DNA from: Octopus sinensis
Taxonomy: Eukaryota
Direction of reading: 5' to 3'
Length of the DNA stretch: 64,000 nt
Assembly: GCF_006345805.1 (NCBI RefSeq)
Contig: NC_043012.1
Coordinates: forward strand, 2,976,001-3,040,000
The position numbers and the translations under genes were made by a program. Positions 1 to 13,461 of this stretch are shown one piece after another. The notes below the pieces were generated by a model. The model did no database searches. It was not told where the DNA came from and was given only the letters and a program-made list of their open reading frames with translations. Position 1 is the stretch's first letter; each line of letters starts with the position of its first letter.

Positions 1-299
1 TGATGTGTTCACCTTTATTCTACCTCACCACCATCATCACCATCATATCTACTGACTGGCATGGAAGCTTTCCTAGTTTTTTTTTTTCTTTTACCCTTCT
101 TTACTGTTTTTTTTCTTCTTTTTCTGTTTTAATTTTTACTTTGTTCTTCTTATATTGCTGCCTTTCACCCTGACTCTTCAATCTATTCCATACCCCCCAC
201 CCACCCTCCACCCGTGTGTCACCTAGTGCCACTCAGCTCCACCATGACTTTCATATATGACAGTTAAACTGAACACTTCTCCTTACATGAAGGGAGAAA

Positions 300-317
300 G
301 AGGAAGAAGCTCTTTAG

Positions 318-360
<43 letters not shown>

Positions 361-539
361 TCTCTGTCTCTCTCTCTCTCTCTCTCTCAAATCTTTCAGC
401 ACCATTGTTGTTGGTTGCTAGAGAGGAACAGCAAAGTAACAGCTGGATCTGTCTGGCAAATGTGTGTACGGCTAGGGTGGTGGTGATGGTGGTGGTAGTG
501 GTAGTGGTGGTGGTGATAATAATGATGATGATGGTAGTG

Positions 540-570
<31 letters not shown>

Positions 571-871
571 GATGGTGTTCATGATGGTGGGGATGGCAGT
601 GGAGGGGGGAACTGGTGATACTTAGAAGCAGTGGTGAGATGGTGGAAGGTGGAGGAGGGAGAGATGATGAGTGTGTGTGTGTGCAAGTGTGATGATAATA
701 GGGAATGAGAGGAGCGAGCTGTTGAAAATGGTGATAGTGATGACGATGATGATGATGATGACAACGGTGGTGTGAGTGAAGCTGAGAGTGGTGGTTGGGG
801 TGGGGGTGATTTTTGTGTTTTTTTTTGTTCTTTTTCTTTATATACAGAAATCCTTACTAAAACCAAATTAA

Positions 872-906
<35 letters not shown>

Positions 907-1330
907 GTAGAAGTGGTGGTGGTAGTAATAGTTGAAGTATTATCTTCATTATTGTGGTGGTGGTGGTAGTAGTAGTAGTAGTAGTTTTGTGTTGTTGCTC
1001 CCTTGTTAATCAATATAGAAAAATGAAAGGGAAGGAGAGAGAGAGAGAGAGAGAAAGACAAAGAAAGAAAGAGGAAAGAAGAGAAAGAAAAACGAGGGTG
1101 CTTCGGGGTGGTGAGGAGGTTACACAAATAGAAGTTATTCTAATTAAACTTTACTAATTCCCTGTTAGCCAATGTTTTGATTTTCCCTCCTTCCTCTTCA
1201 CTCTCCCTCACTGCCCCACCCCGTCGCTCTCTCTCTCTCTCTCTCTCTCCCTCATGCACACCCACAATGTTACTTGCATACACACACATGTGCACAAACA
1301 CGTACACACACACACACCACAAATAGTAAG
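300..1330. repeat. Dense simple-repeat cluster: (CT)n, (GGT)n, (GAT)n, (ATT)n, (GA)n, (CA)n
   Basis: Read directly from the sequence; explains the low-complexity ORFs 579-866, 903-1127 and 954-1157. Confidence 0.9.
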
Positions 1331-2336
1331 GGAGTGATGAAAATGTTAGGGTCTTTTTTTTTTTTTGCTTTTTCTTCTCAAAGAAAGGAAAATGGAATAT
1401 CAAATTTTGGTTTCCTAAAAATCTGCCAAAAAGTGTGGTGGATGTTGGCACTAGAAGTGGTGTTGGTGTTGGTGATGGTGGTCTTAGTAGCACTAGTGGT
1501 ACTGGTTGCTTATTGGTACTGATGGTACTGTTAGAGGTCAAGCTGATGGTCCTGCTGATGAGGGTTTATTGTTGGTCATAGCATTGAGGGCAGTAATAGG
1601 TTTAAAACACCATAATCCATGCTTTTAAGTAACTTGAGAAGTGTTCTTTTTAAAAAAAAGTTGAAACATTCTCTCTGTCTTTTTCACACACTCTCTGTCT
1701 GTCTCTCTCTCTTTCATGCAACTGACCTTGTTTCTAAAATGGGTTGGATGGGTGGGTGTCTGTATACCCATTTTACTCTTTGGGGTTTTGTAAGAACAAT
1801 AAACATAGGCACAAGCATGGCTGTGTGGTAAGAAGCTACTTCCCAACCATATGGTTCCAGGTTCAGTCCCACTGTGTGGCACCTTGGGCAACCGTCTTCT
1901 ACAATAGTCCCGGGCTTACCAAAGCCTTGTGAGTGGATTTGGTAGATGGAAACCGAAGGAAGCCTGTTGTATAGATATATAAAGATAATAAAAGTAAATG
2001 GAGAAGAAAAAATATAAGGTGGATACTTTGTTAAATTTATTAATATCACTATGAGCAAGTAATACATATAAGATTCAGGATATAAGGGAACCTGACCAAC
2101 AAAAGAAACAACCCCAAAAATCCTACATATGTTTCAATCCGGCTTTAGGTTTGAATTATCGGCATTCAAGCTATTTTAGATGTAAAGAAAAAACACATTT
2201 AGTCAGATTGTTTTAAGTTATTCCCTTATGAGGAAATTAAATCCTCACTACTTGTATATATATAAATCCCAAAACAAAATATATGTATATATAGTTGATG
2301 ATTGATTTAGATATATTTCTCCATTTTCTCATTTTG

Positions 2337-2372
<36 letters not shown>

Positions 2373-3510
2373 GTGTTTGACAACTGATGTTGGTGTGTTT
2401 ATGTCCCCGTAACTTTGCAGTTTGGCAAAAGAGACTGATAGAAATAGAATAAGTTTTGGGGTCGATTTGTTCAACTAACACCCTTTAAAGTGGTGTTCCA
2501 GTATGGCCACAGTCAAATGATTAAACCATGTAGAAGAATAAAAGATTATAAGACACTCTAGTTTATTATTATTTTCTTACTGACATGTTGTTATTTCTGA
2601 CCACAGTTCCCCTAGTTATGGTAACAAAAATATTTTTTAATCTTTCCATAAGCACATGTATGACTGTGTTGGTAAGAAGCTTACTTCCTAACGAAGTGGT
2701 CTTGGGTTCAGTCCCATAGGATGGCACCTTGGGCAGATGTCAGTCTTTTTTTATGGCCCCTGTTTAGACAAACTGAAAGAACCCAATTGCGTGTGTGTGA
2801 TTGTCCCCATCACTGCTTGACAACTGGGGTTGGTTTGTTTACATCCCTATAACTTAGTGCTTTGGCAAAAAAGAGACCTTTAGAATAAGTTCCAGACTTT
2901 AAAAGAAGTACTGGGGCTGACTTATTTGACTAAAATCCTTCAAGGCGATGTCCCAGTATGGCCACAGTCCACTTGACTGAAACATAAAAAATAAGAAATA
3001 AGTCTACATACATATACATAGGTGTCTAGTTAGTACCTATATGGTCTTCCATGCTTGCATGGGTTGGATGGCTCTACAAATTTAGATAATTGCATGGTGT
3101 AAAGGAGAACTTGTTTTTTACAATTAGGTGATTTTCTTCTCACACTCAATGGTTATTCATTAAGTTGACTTTTTTTTGTACTTAATAGTAATAGAATTTA
3201 CTTTTTGCTTTTTTTAACCCTGGGTCAGCCTTGATTGAACAGATATGGTAGTGGTAAATTTGGCAATGGACTAGGACCACCACTCATACTGAGTATTATT
3301 GATTGATATGTGATTAAAGAGATTTCATAGAAGATGGTTATATTTCAGGCTTGTACAATCTATGCCAATAGGAAAAGGATGGACATTCTAGACATTGAAG
3401 ATAATAGTAGTGATGATTGCAACTACCTGAAAATAATTCCCATCATATCATAAGCAGGTGTCTCATCTAACCCATGCCAGCATGGAAAAGCAGATGTAAA
3501 AACTATACAT

Positions 3511-3905
3511 AGGTGCAGGAGTGGCTTATAGGCACGTGCTGTGTGGTAAGTAGCTTGCTTACCGACCACATGGTTCTGGGTTCAGTTCCACTGCATGGCA
3601 CCTTGAACAAATGTCATCTACTATAGCCTCAGGCTGACCAAAGCCTTGTGAGTGGATTTGGTAGACGGAAACTGAAAGAAACCCATTATATATGTGTGTG
3701 TGTGTGTGTGTGTATGTGTTAGTCCCCACCAACATCGCTTGACAACTGATGCTGGTGTGCTTACGTCCCCATAACTTAGCAGTTTGGCAAAAGAGTCTAA
3801 TAGAATAAGTACTGGGCTTACAAAGAATAAATCCTGGAATTGATTGCTTGACTAAGGGTGGTGCTCCAGCATGGCTGCAGTCAAATGGCTGAAACAAGTA
3901 AAAGA
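3511..3905 (+). mobile_element. tRNA-derived SINE, family A (most abundant family in the window)
   Basis: Head GGCGCAGGAGTGGCTGTGTGGTAAG...GGTTCAGTCCCAC (pol III A/B-box-like), then CACCTTGGGCAAGTGTCTTCTACTATAGCC, internal (TA/TG)n, and tail ...GTCAAATGACTGAAACAAGTAAAAG. Other plus copies at about 1806-1985, 2360-2545, 2650-3000, 8854-9170, 26630-26790, 35300-35825, 40050-40425 and 53325-53495. Confidence 0.85.
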
Positions 3906-4390
3906 ATATATATCTTCATCATCATTTAATGTTTGCTTTCTATGCTGGCATGGGTTGGACAATTTGACATCGATCTGTGCAGACTTCAATTCTCTTTTGT
4001 GGCATAGTTTCTATGGCTGGATGCCCTCCCTAATGCCAACCACTTTGCTGAGTGTGATAGAAGCTTTTTACATGCCACTGGCACAGGTATATGTACAAAG
4101 AACATCTCATCCTCTCTGAAACATCCTCATTCCCTAATTTTTATTTCGTATATTTTCATTTGTCTTGCTTGGTTTTTTTGCTGAATTTTTTCTTGAAAAC
4201 ACATTCTTCGTGGAAAATGGCGATTTTGACGTCTATATCTAGCATACAGGCTGTCCACTTTTAGTGGTCAATCCTCTAAATTTTGTATGTAAAAAAATTT
4301 TTAATCTTCGGATTTTTTAAAATATGCTAGGCCACTGGTTTTAATTGATTAATATCAATTTCTACCCTTATTTAATTTTATTATATATAT

Positions 4391-5934
4391 CATCATCATC
4401 ATCATCATCATCATCGTTTAACGTCCGCTTTCCATGCTAGCATGGGTTGGACGGTTCAACTGGGGTCTGGCAAGCCCGAAGGCTGCACCAGGCCAGTCAG
4501 ATCTGGCAGTGTTTCTACAGCTTGATGCCCTTCCTAACGCCAACCACTCCGAGAGTGTAGTGGGTGATTTTATGTGCCACCGACACAGGTGCCAGACGAG
4601 GCTGGCAGACGGCCACGCTCGGATGGTGTTTTTTATGTGCCACCGACACAGTGCCAGACGAGGCTGGCTGACGGCCACGCTCGGATGGTGTTTTCTTATG
4701 TGTCACCGACACAGGTGCCAGACGGGGCTGGCGGACGGCCACGCTCGGATGGTGTTTGTTATGTGCCCTCAGCATGGAGGCCAGTCGTTGCGGTACTGGC
4801 TACGATCACGTTCGGATGGTTTTCTTATGTGCCACCGGCACTGGTACCACAAGGATACAAATTCCATTGATGTTCATCTATTTTGATTTGGTTCGATTTG
4901 ATTTGATTTGATTTGATTCGATTCTCACTTGCCTCAACAGGTCTTCACAAGTGTCACAAGAAGGAAGGTATGCACAGGTGGACTGACTACGTCCCAGGTA
5001 GGGGCCACGGATTATGGCTTCACTAGTCTTGCCGGGTCTTATCACGCACAGCATACTTCCATAGGTCTCGGTCTCTAGTCATTTCCATGGTGAGACCTAA
5101 CGTCCGAAGGTCGTGCTTCACCACTTCGTCCCAGGTTTCCTGGTCTACCTCTTCCACGGGTTCCCTCAACTGCTAGGGATTGGCACTTTCTCACACACCT
5201 ATCTTCATCCATTCTCGCCACATGACCATACCAGCGCAATCGTCTCTCTTGCACACAACAACTGATGCTTCTTACGTACAACATTTCTCTCAAGGTACTA
5301 ACGCTCTGTCGAGTAAGTACACTGACATTACACATCCATCAGAGCATACTGGCTTCGTTCCTCACAAGCTTACGCATGTCCTCAGCAGTCACGGCCCATG
5401 TTTCACTGCCATGTAGCATAGCTGTTCGTACACATGCATCATACAGTCTGCCTTTTACTCTGAGCGAGAGGCCTTTAGTCACCAGCAGAGGTAAGAGCTC
5501 CCTAAACTTTGCCCAGGCTATTCTTATTCTAGCAGTTACACTTTCAGCGCACCCGCCCCCACTACTGACTTGGTCACCTAGATAGCGGAAGCTATCAACT
5601 ACTTCTAGTTTTTTCCCCCCGGAAAGTGACGGAAGTTGTTTTCTGCAGATTTTCGGAGGTCAATGCTCCAGAGCATCTGCCACATACAAAAACTATCTTC
5701 CCAGTTAGCCTACCTTTGACATTGCTGCACCTCTTATGTGTCCATAGCTTACACTGGGTACATCTTATAGAGTTTCTACCTACACCTTTTCTACAGATCG
5801 AGCAGGGCCATCTTCCTGAGGATATTTGTGGATTTTCTAACTTTCTACTTATTAGTACTTTGGTTTTAGCTAGGTTGACTCTAAGGCCCCTCGATTCTAA
5901 ACCCTCCTTCCACACCTGGAACTTCTCCTCCAGT

Positions 5935-5936
<2 letters not shown>
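4391..5936 (-). mobile_element. 5'-truncated RTE-clade LINE: RT C-terminus, PHD-type Zn finger, 3' UTR with tandem units, (GAT)n tail
   Basis: Minus translation ELEEKFQVWKEGLESRGLRVNLAKTKVL...WPCSICRKGVGRNSIRCTQCKLWTHKRCS...VCGRC, then (+1 frameshift near 5610) LEVVDSFRYLGDQ...LYDACVRTAMLHGSETWAVT...ERRLRWYGHVARMDEDR...GRGRP. Tail AACCCATGCTAGCATGGAAAGCGGACGTTAAACGATGATG; both flanks are (AT)n. Frameshifts indicate a dead copy. Confidence 0.93.
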
Positions 5937-5981
<45 letters not shown>

Positions 5982-7383
5982 GAAAACACGCCTTGTGTCT
6001 CTAAGAATATTGCTTGGAGACACCTGCTTAGACTCATGTCTCCAATGCATGAAACTATTCGTAGCTTGTTTCTTTATACTGTATACATTAAATGATATTT
6101 ATCTCTCTGGATGGAGTATTTTTTTTTTGTGTTGATCTATCTGAATAGAAAAGTAAACTCTATGTATCTGTCTGTCTGCCTGTCTATCTGTTTGTCTATT
6201 TATCTTTGTCTATCGGTCTGTCTATTTGTCTATCTATCTATCCATTTGTCTGTCTATGTATGTATGTTTGTATGTATGTATGTATCTATCTATCTATCTG
6301 TCTGTCTGTCTATTTATTTGTCTCTCTGTCTGTCTATCTACTTGTCTACCTATCTATCTATTTATTTGTATATCTATCTATCTATCTATTTATCTATCTA
6401 TCTGTCTATCTCTCTATCTATCTGATAGATAGATAGATATAGGCCCAGGCATGGCTGTTTGGTTAAGAATCTGCTTCATAACTATGTGGTTTCATTGTAC
6501 AATAACTTGTGAGTGAATTTGGTAGACAAAAATTGTGTGTGTGTGTGCACGCGTGTGTGTCATGTCTTGACATCACAAGGTTTGTTTGGAAACCAGTAAG
6601 GGTTAACAACAGAAAGAGCACCCAACTATAGAAAATTTAACTCAACATTGAGACTGAAGTAATGGTGATGATAGGCGTAACCTGTGCGTGTGTAAATACC
6701 ATCCATAAGTTGCAAAGTAATTGAAGTTACTGTGCAACTTGCTGCTGCTGATAATGATGGTGGTGGTGGTGGTGGTGATACAGGGGGCATAACTCATTTA
6801 ATAATTACATTATATGTTACATTATACTGAGATGTTTGTAATAATATTACTGTGTAGCCCCGAGTCAGTTCTGATCGAGTAGACCTCTTGATCTAAGATG
6901 CTATAACTTTTACAATCTAGTCTATTATATATATATTCTCATGTGTTCTGCCCTCCCTTTTTAAGGTGATGGAATATGATTTGAGGGAGTTTTTTTGGAG
7001 CTATTTTTAGCAGGATTTGTGACTTGCGTATCAGTCCTCTCAGTGATTCAATATTTGATGTAATGTAACCGAAAGGTAGTAGGGTGTGGTGAAAGGACAG
7101 GTACAAAGCAAAATGCCACCTGTTCTACTAATACCAATATGTTATGAATCTCTTCCAACGGCAGCTGGCTTCCGTATTAAACAAGAATAGTGATGGTCGT
7201 GGTGGTGAAGATGGAAGTGGAGCTAGTGTTGGTGGTGATGGTCATGGTGATGAAGATGGTGATGCTTATGACGTTGTTGTTATTGGTAGTGGTGGTGGGA
7301 TATGTCAATCTGTTTCGTGTACTTTTATAAAGATTGCAAATTGCAACCTCCAAATATGTTGTTACCTGTTAAACACACCCCTG

Positions 7384-7478
<95 letters not shown>

Positions 7479-7864
7479 AGTGTGTAAAGGTCGTCACCTG
7501 TAACAAGTTGACAGTTGAGTTTCTTTTAGTAGTTGTTTCTTGTTGGAAATATCATCAAATATCAGTAGGTTTGCTTCCATCTGCTCTTATTGCCAACATA
7601 AATTCCTCAGCATATATTTGCCTGCTGCTGCTGCTGACTGTGATGATGGTGATGACAATGACGATGACAACGATGATGATCATCATCATTTTTGTATGAG
7701 AAAAAGAGAGGACTCTTGCACTAGCATAGGCTGGTACACTTAAGCATATAAGCCAACATGTACACACACACACACACACACGCGCGCGGAAGATAGCATT
7801 TCAGAAATGTTCATAAACGTATTAAGAATAGACATGTTCTCTCACAGACATGTACTTCTTCATG

Positions 7865-7900
<36 letters not shown>

Positions 7901-8199
7901 TCATCTACTGTCGCCATCACCTCCCTCTGCTATTCTGTTGGTAACCCACCAATATTGCTCTATCTTCTTGTTACACTAAATAAACTTCCTCTATTTAAAG
8001 AGCTGTACTCACATTTAGAGATCATGTTATACTGTCCTGCCAACTATCACTGTTGTTGGTGTTGTTTAGCCCCAGGTCATCGATGGTCTTGTAGTGTAGA
8101 CAGATTCTAAAGTAAGTGGACGCGAGCACTTAAAAATGAAAAAAAGGCATTGTGACACATATCAAATGATTTTTTACTCATTCCTCTTATATTACACAA

Positions 8200-8515
8200 A
8201 ATATAGCTCAGTGGTTAGAGCGCTGGGCTCACAATCATGGGGTACTGATTTCAGTTCCTGGACTGAGCTGTGTGTTATGTTCTTGAGCAAGACACTTTAT
8301 TTCACATTGATCCTGTTCACTCAGCTGTAGAAATGAATTAAGATGTCACTGGTGCCAAGCTGTATTGGCCCCTTTGCCTTTCTCTTGGATATCATCAGTG
8401 GCATGGAGAAGGAAGGCTGACATGCATGGGTGGCTGCCAATCTTCCATAAACAAGCTTGCCTGGACTTGTGCGTCGGAGGGCAACTTTTTTAGGTGCAAT
8501 CCCATGGTCATTCGT
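8200..8515 (+). mobile_element. tRNA-derived SINE family B with CORE-like central domain
   Basis: GCTCAGTGGTTAGAGC head, then GTGTTCTTGAGCAAGACACTTTATTTCAC...CTCAGCTGTAGAAATG, resembling the CORE-SINE domain (recalled, not searched). Other copies at about 16432-16738, 23735-23880, 36190-36465, 51008-51320 (different body), 63664-63987 (+) and 23950-24190 (-). Confidence 0.8.
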
Positions 8516-11500
8516 GACCAAAGTGGGGTCTTTTATTGTATTTACATTCATTAATTTCATGTTTTAGTAACAATGTCATTATATATGAAGCTTAAAACTA
8601 ACTGATATAGATGTGATGTGATAAAGATGAAACTCCATGGGATCATCCAGTGTTGAGAGGTTATGACATCAGGCTTTGTTCTGGTTCTTCAGATGTCAGT
8701 GGCCACCAACACATCACAGGAGATTGAGCAGACAGTTGAAAAACACAGGATTCTTGGTCAAATAAAGTAGTAACTCCAAAAAGTTATTCCAAGGCCATGC
8801 AATTAATAAAAAAAGAGAGATTCAACTTATATCACACAAGTGAGCTAAAGAGTTGCGCAGGAGTGGTTGTGTGGTAAGTAGCTTGCTTACCAACCACATG
8901 GTTCTGGGTTCAGTCCCACTGCATGGCACCTTGGGCAAGTGTCTTCTACTATAGCCTCAGGCCGACCAAAGCCTTGTGAGTGGATTTGGTAGACAGAAAC
9001 TGAAAGAAGCCTGTTGTATATATGTATATATATATGTGTGTGTGTGTGTGCGTGTTTGTGCGTCTGTGTTTGTCCCCCCCCAACATCGCTTTACAACCGA
9101 TGCTGGTGTGTTTGCGTCCCCGTAACTTAGCGGTTCGGCAAAGAAGACTGATAGAATAAGTATAAGTACCATCATACAAGCCCCGTTGTATTTTTGGGAG
9201 ACTTCCGCACAATAATGGAGGATGAAAACCATTCAATGACTTTGTAGATGTTATTGGCAGATACTTGCAACATGAAATTGAAGATCTACCAAAGCTAATG
9301 GTGACAGAGATTCCTGGTGTAGCATGGTTGAATGCATTTTGATTGCAGTTGCTTGAAGAAAGCATGACTCTTCTACCATTGTATGCCATTACATTAGATG
9401 ACCATCATACCAGTACACTATTGTTATGTTGTTAGAGTCCTCTAGTATTATACCATTATACTGCAATCATGTTGTTACACTACATTATCATCATATCATA
9501 AGATTACCCAATCATCATACCATTACAGTACACTGCCATTATACCATCATATTACACCACCACCATGCTATTATATTGCACTGCTTTTATACTATTATTT
9601 TACACTTTTATATAATTGATGATTACCATCTCTCCATTGCTCTACCCTACCTTTGTGGCCTTAATTTACACTAGTGTTATGTCATTACATACCACTATCA
9701 TCATACCACTGCATTATACTACCATCTTAACATAATGCTAGACTACAATCCTGCCATTACATTACAGCCCCATCATGTTTTACACAACCACCACATAACA
9801 AAATAAGAATTATCACACCATTTCATTGATGGAATCTCTTGTTTCAGTGAACACAGGTTCAGTAAGACACGGTTGCACATTGATGTTCCAGTATGGCTAC
9901 AGTCAAATGACTAAACCATGTAAAAGAATAAAAGATTATAAGACACTCTAGTTTATTATTATTTTCTTATTGACATGTTGTTATTTCTGACCACAGTTCC
10001 CCTAGTTATGGTAACAAAAATATTTTAAATCTTTCCATAAGCACATGTATGATTGTGTTGATAAGAAGCTTATTTCCTAACTGTAGAAAATGACCATCAC
10101 CTTATGGTCACCTGTGTGTAGGATCAAAGCCAAAGATTTCCAGCAGTATTCTCTGCCTGTCCCTATTGTCCCTTTTCCTATTTGTCACTGAACTTATGAA
10201 GAAAGTGTGAAAATGCTGGTACTGGTACCTTAATTTGCTGAACAACCTGCTCTTTGAATATTGATATAGTGGGCATGGCTTTTGTAAAACCAGTCCCACT
10301 CTTTTGTCCCTCAAACTTGTATCGGTCTAATGCAACAAGTACCACAAGCCCAGTAGTTCTCAGGGTGCAGGATTTGTATGGAGCTACCTTCTCTTAGATA
10401 AGCAGTTGAAGGGCCTTATCTGTCTTGAAGCATTTGGCATGTCTGTAAATGATCTTCTTGCTGAAATCATTCCATAACATGCTAAATAACACATAGCTGG
10501 GACCTTGATAAGTGTTACAGCTATGTCAGGGTAGAACTGGGAACAATAGAGGGTAAGAGGTGATTCTACACTTTTCAAATCCCTGGAATTTGCAACCCAG
10601 GTTTTCACTATTGGATGTAAAGCTACACTATTACAGTGCACTACTGCCTTTCTATTACTCTTCTACTACCTTATCATCTTGTTATTCATTGTGTCAAACT
10701 ACCATCATGTCATTACACTAGCAACATACCACAGATCTCTTTGAGTTCAGCTACTGGTATACCAACCACATTCTTGAATTATAGTGAGGCCAATTCCTTA
10801 TAGCTGTATCATAAATTGGCACATTCCCTTATTTCCCAAGAACAAATAATGCTTGTTGGTTCTTTTTAGTGTGGCAATCTATTCCCAAGTGTTACCTTGA
10901 AATTCTGTTTACCATTTGATCTGGTTCTAAACTGGAAGTATTTAAAACTATTTAAACTATTCCGAAACAATGCTGCGAAGGCTGCCTCTTTTTCTTTTTA
11001 ATAAGAGCCTTGGGGAACATTGATATTTTTGACTTCACAAAAGTTATGTGGATTTAAGAGGAAAATTCACTAGAATATTTCAGAATCCAAATAAAAATGA
11101 GTTGAATCAAGACAAGAAGTTTTATATGTTGTTGTTGCTGTCGTTTAGCCCCAGGCTAACCCTGATTGTGTTGACCTAATGACCACAAGCATTCTAGCAA
11201 TGACAATTTCATTCTTTCATAGGTGGGTAGGAGGTACATTGTCTAATATGTCCTTGCCTTGTTTAAGATTTGATCTTAATTTAGCTGCTATTTCTAACAG
11301 GTTAAACAATTCTGTTTCTTTTTTTCTATTAACTTGCTTCAGCCATTGTACTACAGCCATGCTGGAGCACCACCTTGAAGCATTTAGTCAAACGAATCGA
11401 ACCGAGTACTTATTTTTAAGTGTAGTACTTATTCCATTGGTCTCTTTTACTGAACTGCTAAGTTACCGGGGACTTAAACAAATTGGTGCAACTTGTCAAG

Positions 11501-12209
11501 TAGTGGTGGGGAACACACACATACACATATAACAGACTTCTACACAGTGTCATCTACTAGATTCACTCACAAGGCATTGGTCAGCTTGAGGTCTGTAGTT
11601 GAAGACACTTGCCCAAGGTCAACCCTGATTGAGCAGACTTCATGAGCAAAAGCATCCCAGCTGTGAATATCTTGTTCCTTTTGTAGTTCCTAGAGCTAGA
11701 TTGTCATAATGTGTCCTTTCCTTTAAGATGCTGTATTGTAATTTGAGGGAATTTGGCTCCTGTTTATAGCAAGTCAAGTGACATAAAAGAAGGCTTCATA
11801 TCAAGATTATCACTGCTGCAGCTGTAAAGTCACATTTTTCTTCTCTCATTATCATGAAGTACAGTCTTCAATATCACACCAAAGTTAGTGTTACATGATG
11901 ATCTCGTGATGAGTGACATACTCTCAAAGATTCTAAGAATATATAGCAGCCAACCAGTTACAGAATGTTACTTTATCTCTAATTAAGTTCCATGGCTGAG
12001 TGGTTAGTTGTTTGCTACTCGACCTTGAGGTCTTGGATTCAATCTCTCCACACAGTACCTAAAACAAATATCTTCATAGTATTGAGTTGACTCGAACCTT
12101 TTTGGTGAAATTGGTTCAAAGCAAACAAGTAGAATGGTCGATACCTGTAATTTGAAAATTCATCATTGTCCCACAGAATCATACTGAGTCTGACTAGGGA
12201 CTATATTAA

Positions 12210-12436
12210 CCTTTTAGTATTCAGATTACTTTGTCAAATGCAATGCTTATTTATTCACACTATTTCGAATTAATCACAAACTATTTTGTAGCTTCAAGAT
12301 ATCAATGGTGTACTTGTAAATTTTTTAAATGACATTGGAGGGTAAGTGTAAGAGGTTGGATCTGGTCAGTTTTAACATAAAACAGGTAGAATATTTAGGC
12401 TGGACATGACAGGATTAAATGCTAAATGCTAATGGG
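12210..12436. mobile_element. piggyBac-like MITE (second copy 60563-60784)
   Basis: TTAA-C(C)TTTAG/ACATT...AATGCTAA(A/T)GGG/GAA-TT(A/G)A ends; the same ~225-bp body occurs at both loci; TTAA flanks at 60559-60562 and 60785-60788. Confidence 0.65.
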
Positions 12437-12765
12437 TTGAGGGGACAATTTTTATTTTATTAGAATACTCAGCCACTTTGGTGTATCAGCTGCTCACTGT
12501 CAGGACACTGCATCCTTCAAAACTGCCATGCTTCCAGAAATTTGCCAGCACCCTTTTCTCTGTATGCCACTTTCATGTTTTCTGTCTTTTTTGTGTTTTA
12601 TCTTGTGTACTATGAATTCATCAATTGGATATGACCACTGTCTTTCTTTATTTGACTCTTACTGCTTTCTGTCCCATAGTTTACTCATTTCTGATGAGTT
12701 GTAGTGCACTTGAGCACAGCATACAATAAGCTTATTATTATTATTATTATATTATTATTATTATT

Positions 12766-12980
12766 AAGGCAGCACGCTGGCAGAATCGTTAGCACACTGG
12801 ACAGCATGCTTAGTGGCACTTCTTTTGACTTTACATTCCGAGTTCAAATGCTGTCAAGGTCGACTTTGCCTTTCATTCTTTCAGAGTTGATGAAACAAGT
12901 ATCAGTTTAGCACTAGGATCAATGTAATTGATTAATCCCCCTCTCCTGAAATTTCAGGCCTTGTGCCAATGGTAGGAAGG
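12766..12980 (+). mobile_element. SINE family C with Nin/Deu-like domain
   Basis: GCTGGCAGAATCGTTAG head and GGTCGACTTTGCCTTTCATC...AAGTACCAG domain resembling the Nin/Deu SINE domain (recalled). Other copies at about 23255-23455 (-), 27170-27260, 36495-36602 (-), 48920-49140 (-), 53060-53220 (-) and 62010-62217 (+). Confidence 0.75.
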
Positions 12981-12989
12981 CTCATCATT

Positions 12990-13225
12990 ATTATTATTAT
13001 TATTAATATTATAACTATTATTCAGTAGTTTTATTTTTATAATATGCTTTCACTTCACTACAAAGCGCAGCTCTGTGTGCCTTGGGTATGTGCTGTGGTT
13101 TGCTGTGATGCTCTTATGGTTATTGTAGTGAAAGTGTTTTGCGTAGGATGTGTGCAGTGCCCAGTAGTGCAATTTTCTGTATGTTATATATATTTGTAAG
13201 TCCTGGTGTTTTTGTTATATATTTG
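12990..13225 (-). mobile_element. 3' end of an RLE-type non-LTR retrotransposon (R4/Dong-like)
   Basis: Minus translation KYITKTPGLTNIYNIQKIALLGTAHILRKTLSLQ*, matching the QKxxLLGTAxILR C-terminal motif of RLE LINEs; ends in a (TAA)n tract. Confidence 0.75.
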
Positions 13226-13461
13226 TTATGTTTTTGTTATGTATTTGTCTAAAGGCAGTGCTCCAGCATGACCGCAGTCAAATGACTGAAAAGAATAAAA
13301 GAGTATTAATGTAATAACAAGACATTGTTCACAATTTAATGTGCTATAGGTAGTTTGGAGCAAGTCCGTAGGGGTGGTCTTCGCCGGCAGGATGGTGATG
13401 AAAGAATGAAAATAAGTTGATTTTTGATTTATCGATTGAACAGTATTTTAATTTATTGCTT

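Noticed and set aside
579-1541. Possible first exon or promoter ORFs at the window start, and an acceptor-like TTCTTTATATACAG at 847
   Set aside because: Low-complexity translations and no matching strong donor or coding signal; a UTR cannot be excluded but is not supportable.
3511-3600. tRNA genes
   Set aside because: tRNA-like A/B boxes are SINE heads; they do not form complete cloverleaves and continue into SINE bodies.
7144-7479. ORF with YDVVVIGSGGG resembling an FAD-binding GxGxxG motif
   Set aside because: It arises from (GGT/GAT)n low-complexity sequence, runs into (CT)n/(TA)n, and has no splice signals or further domain.
10100-10660. Possible hAT dimerisation-domain relic (FYPDIAVTL...ARRSF)
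   Set aside because: Similarity is too weak to support without a profile search.
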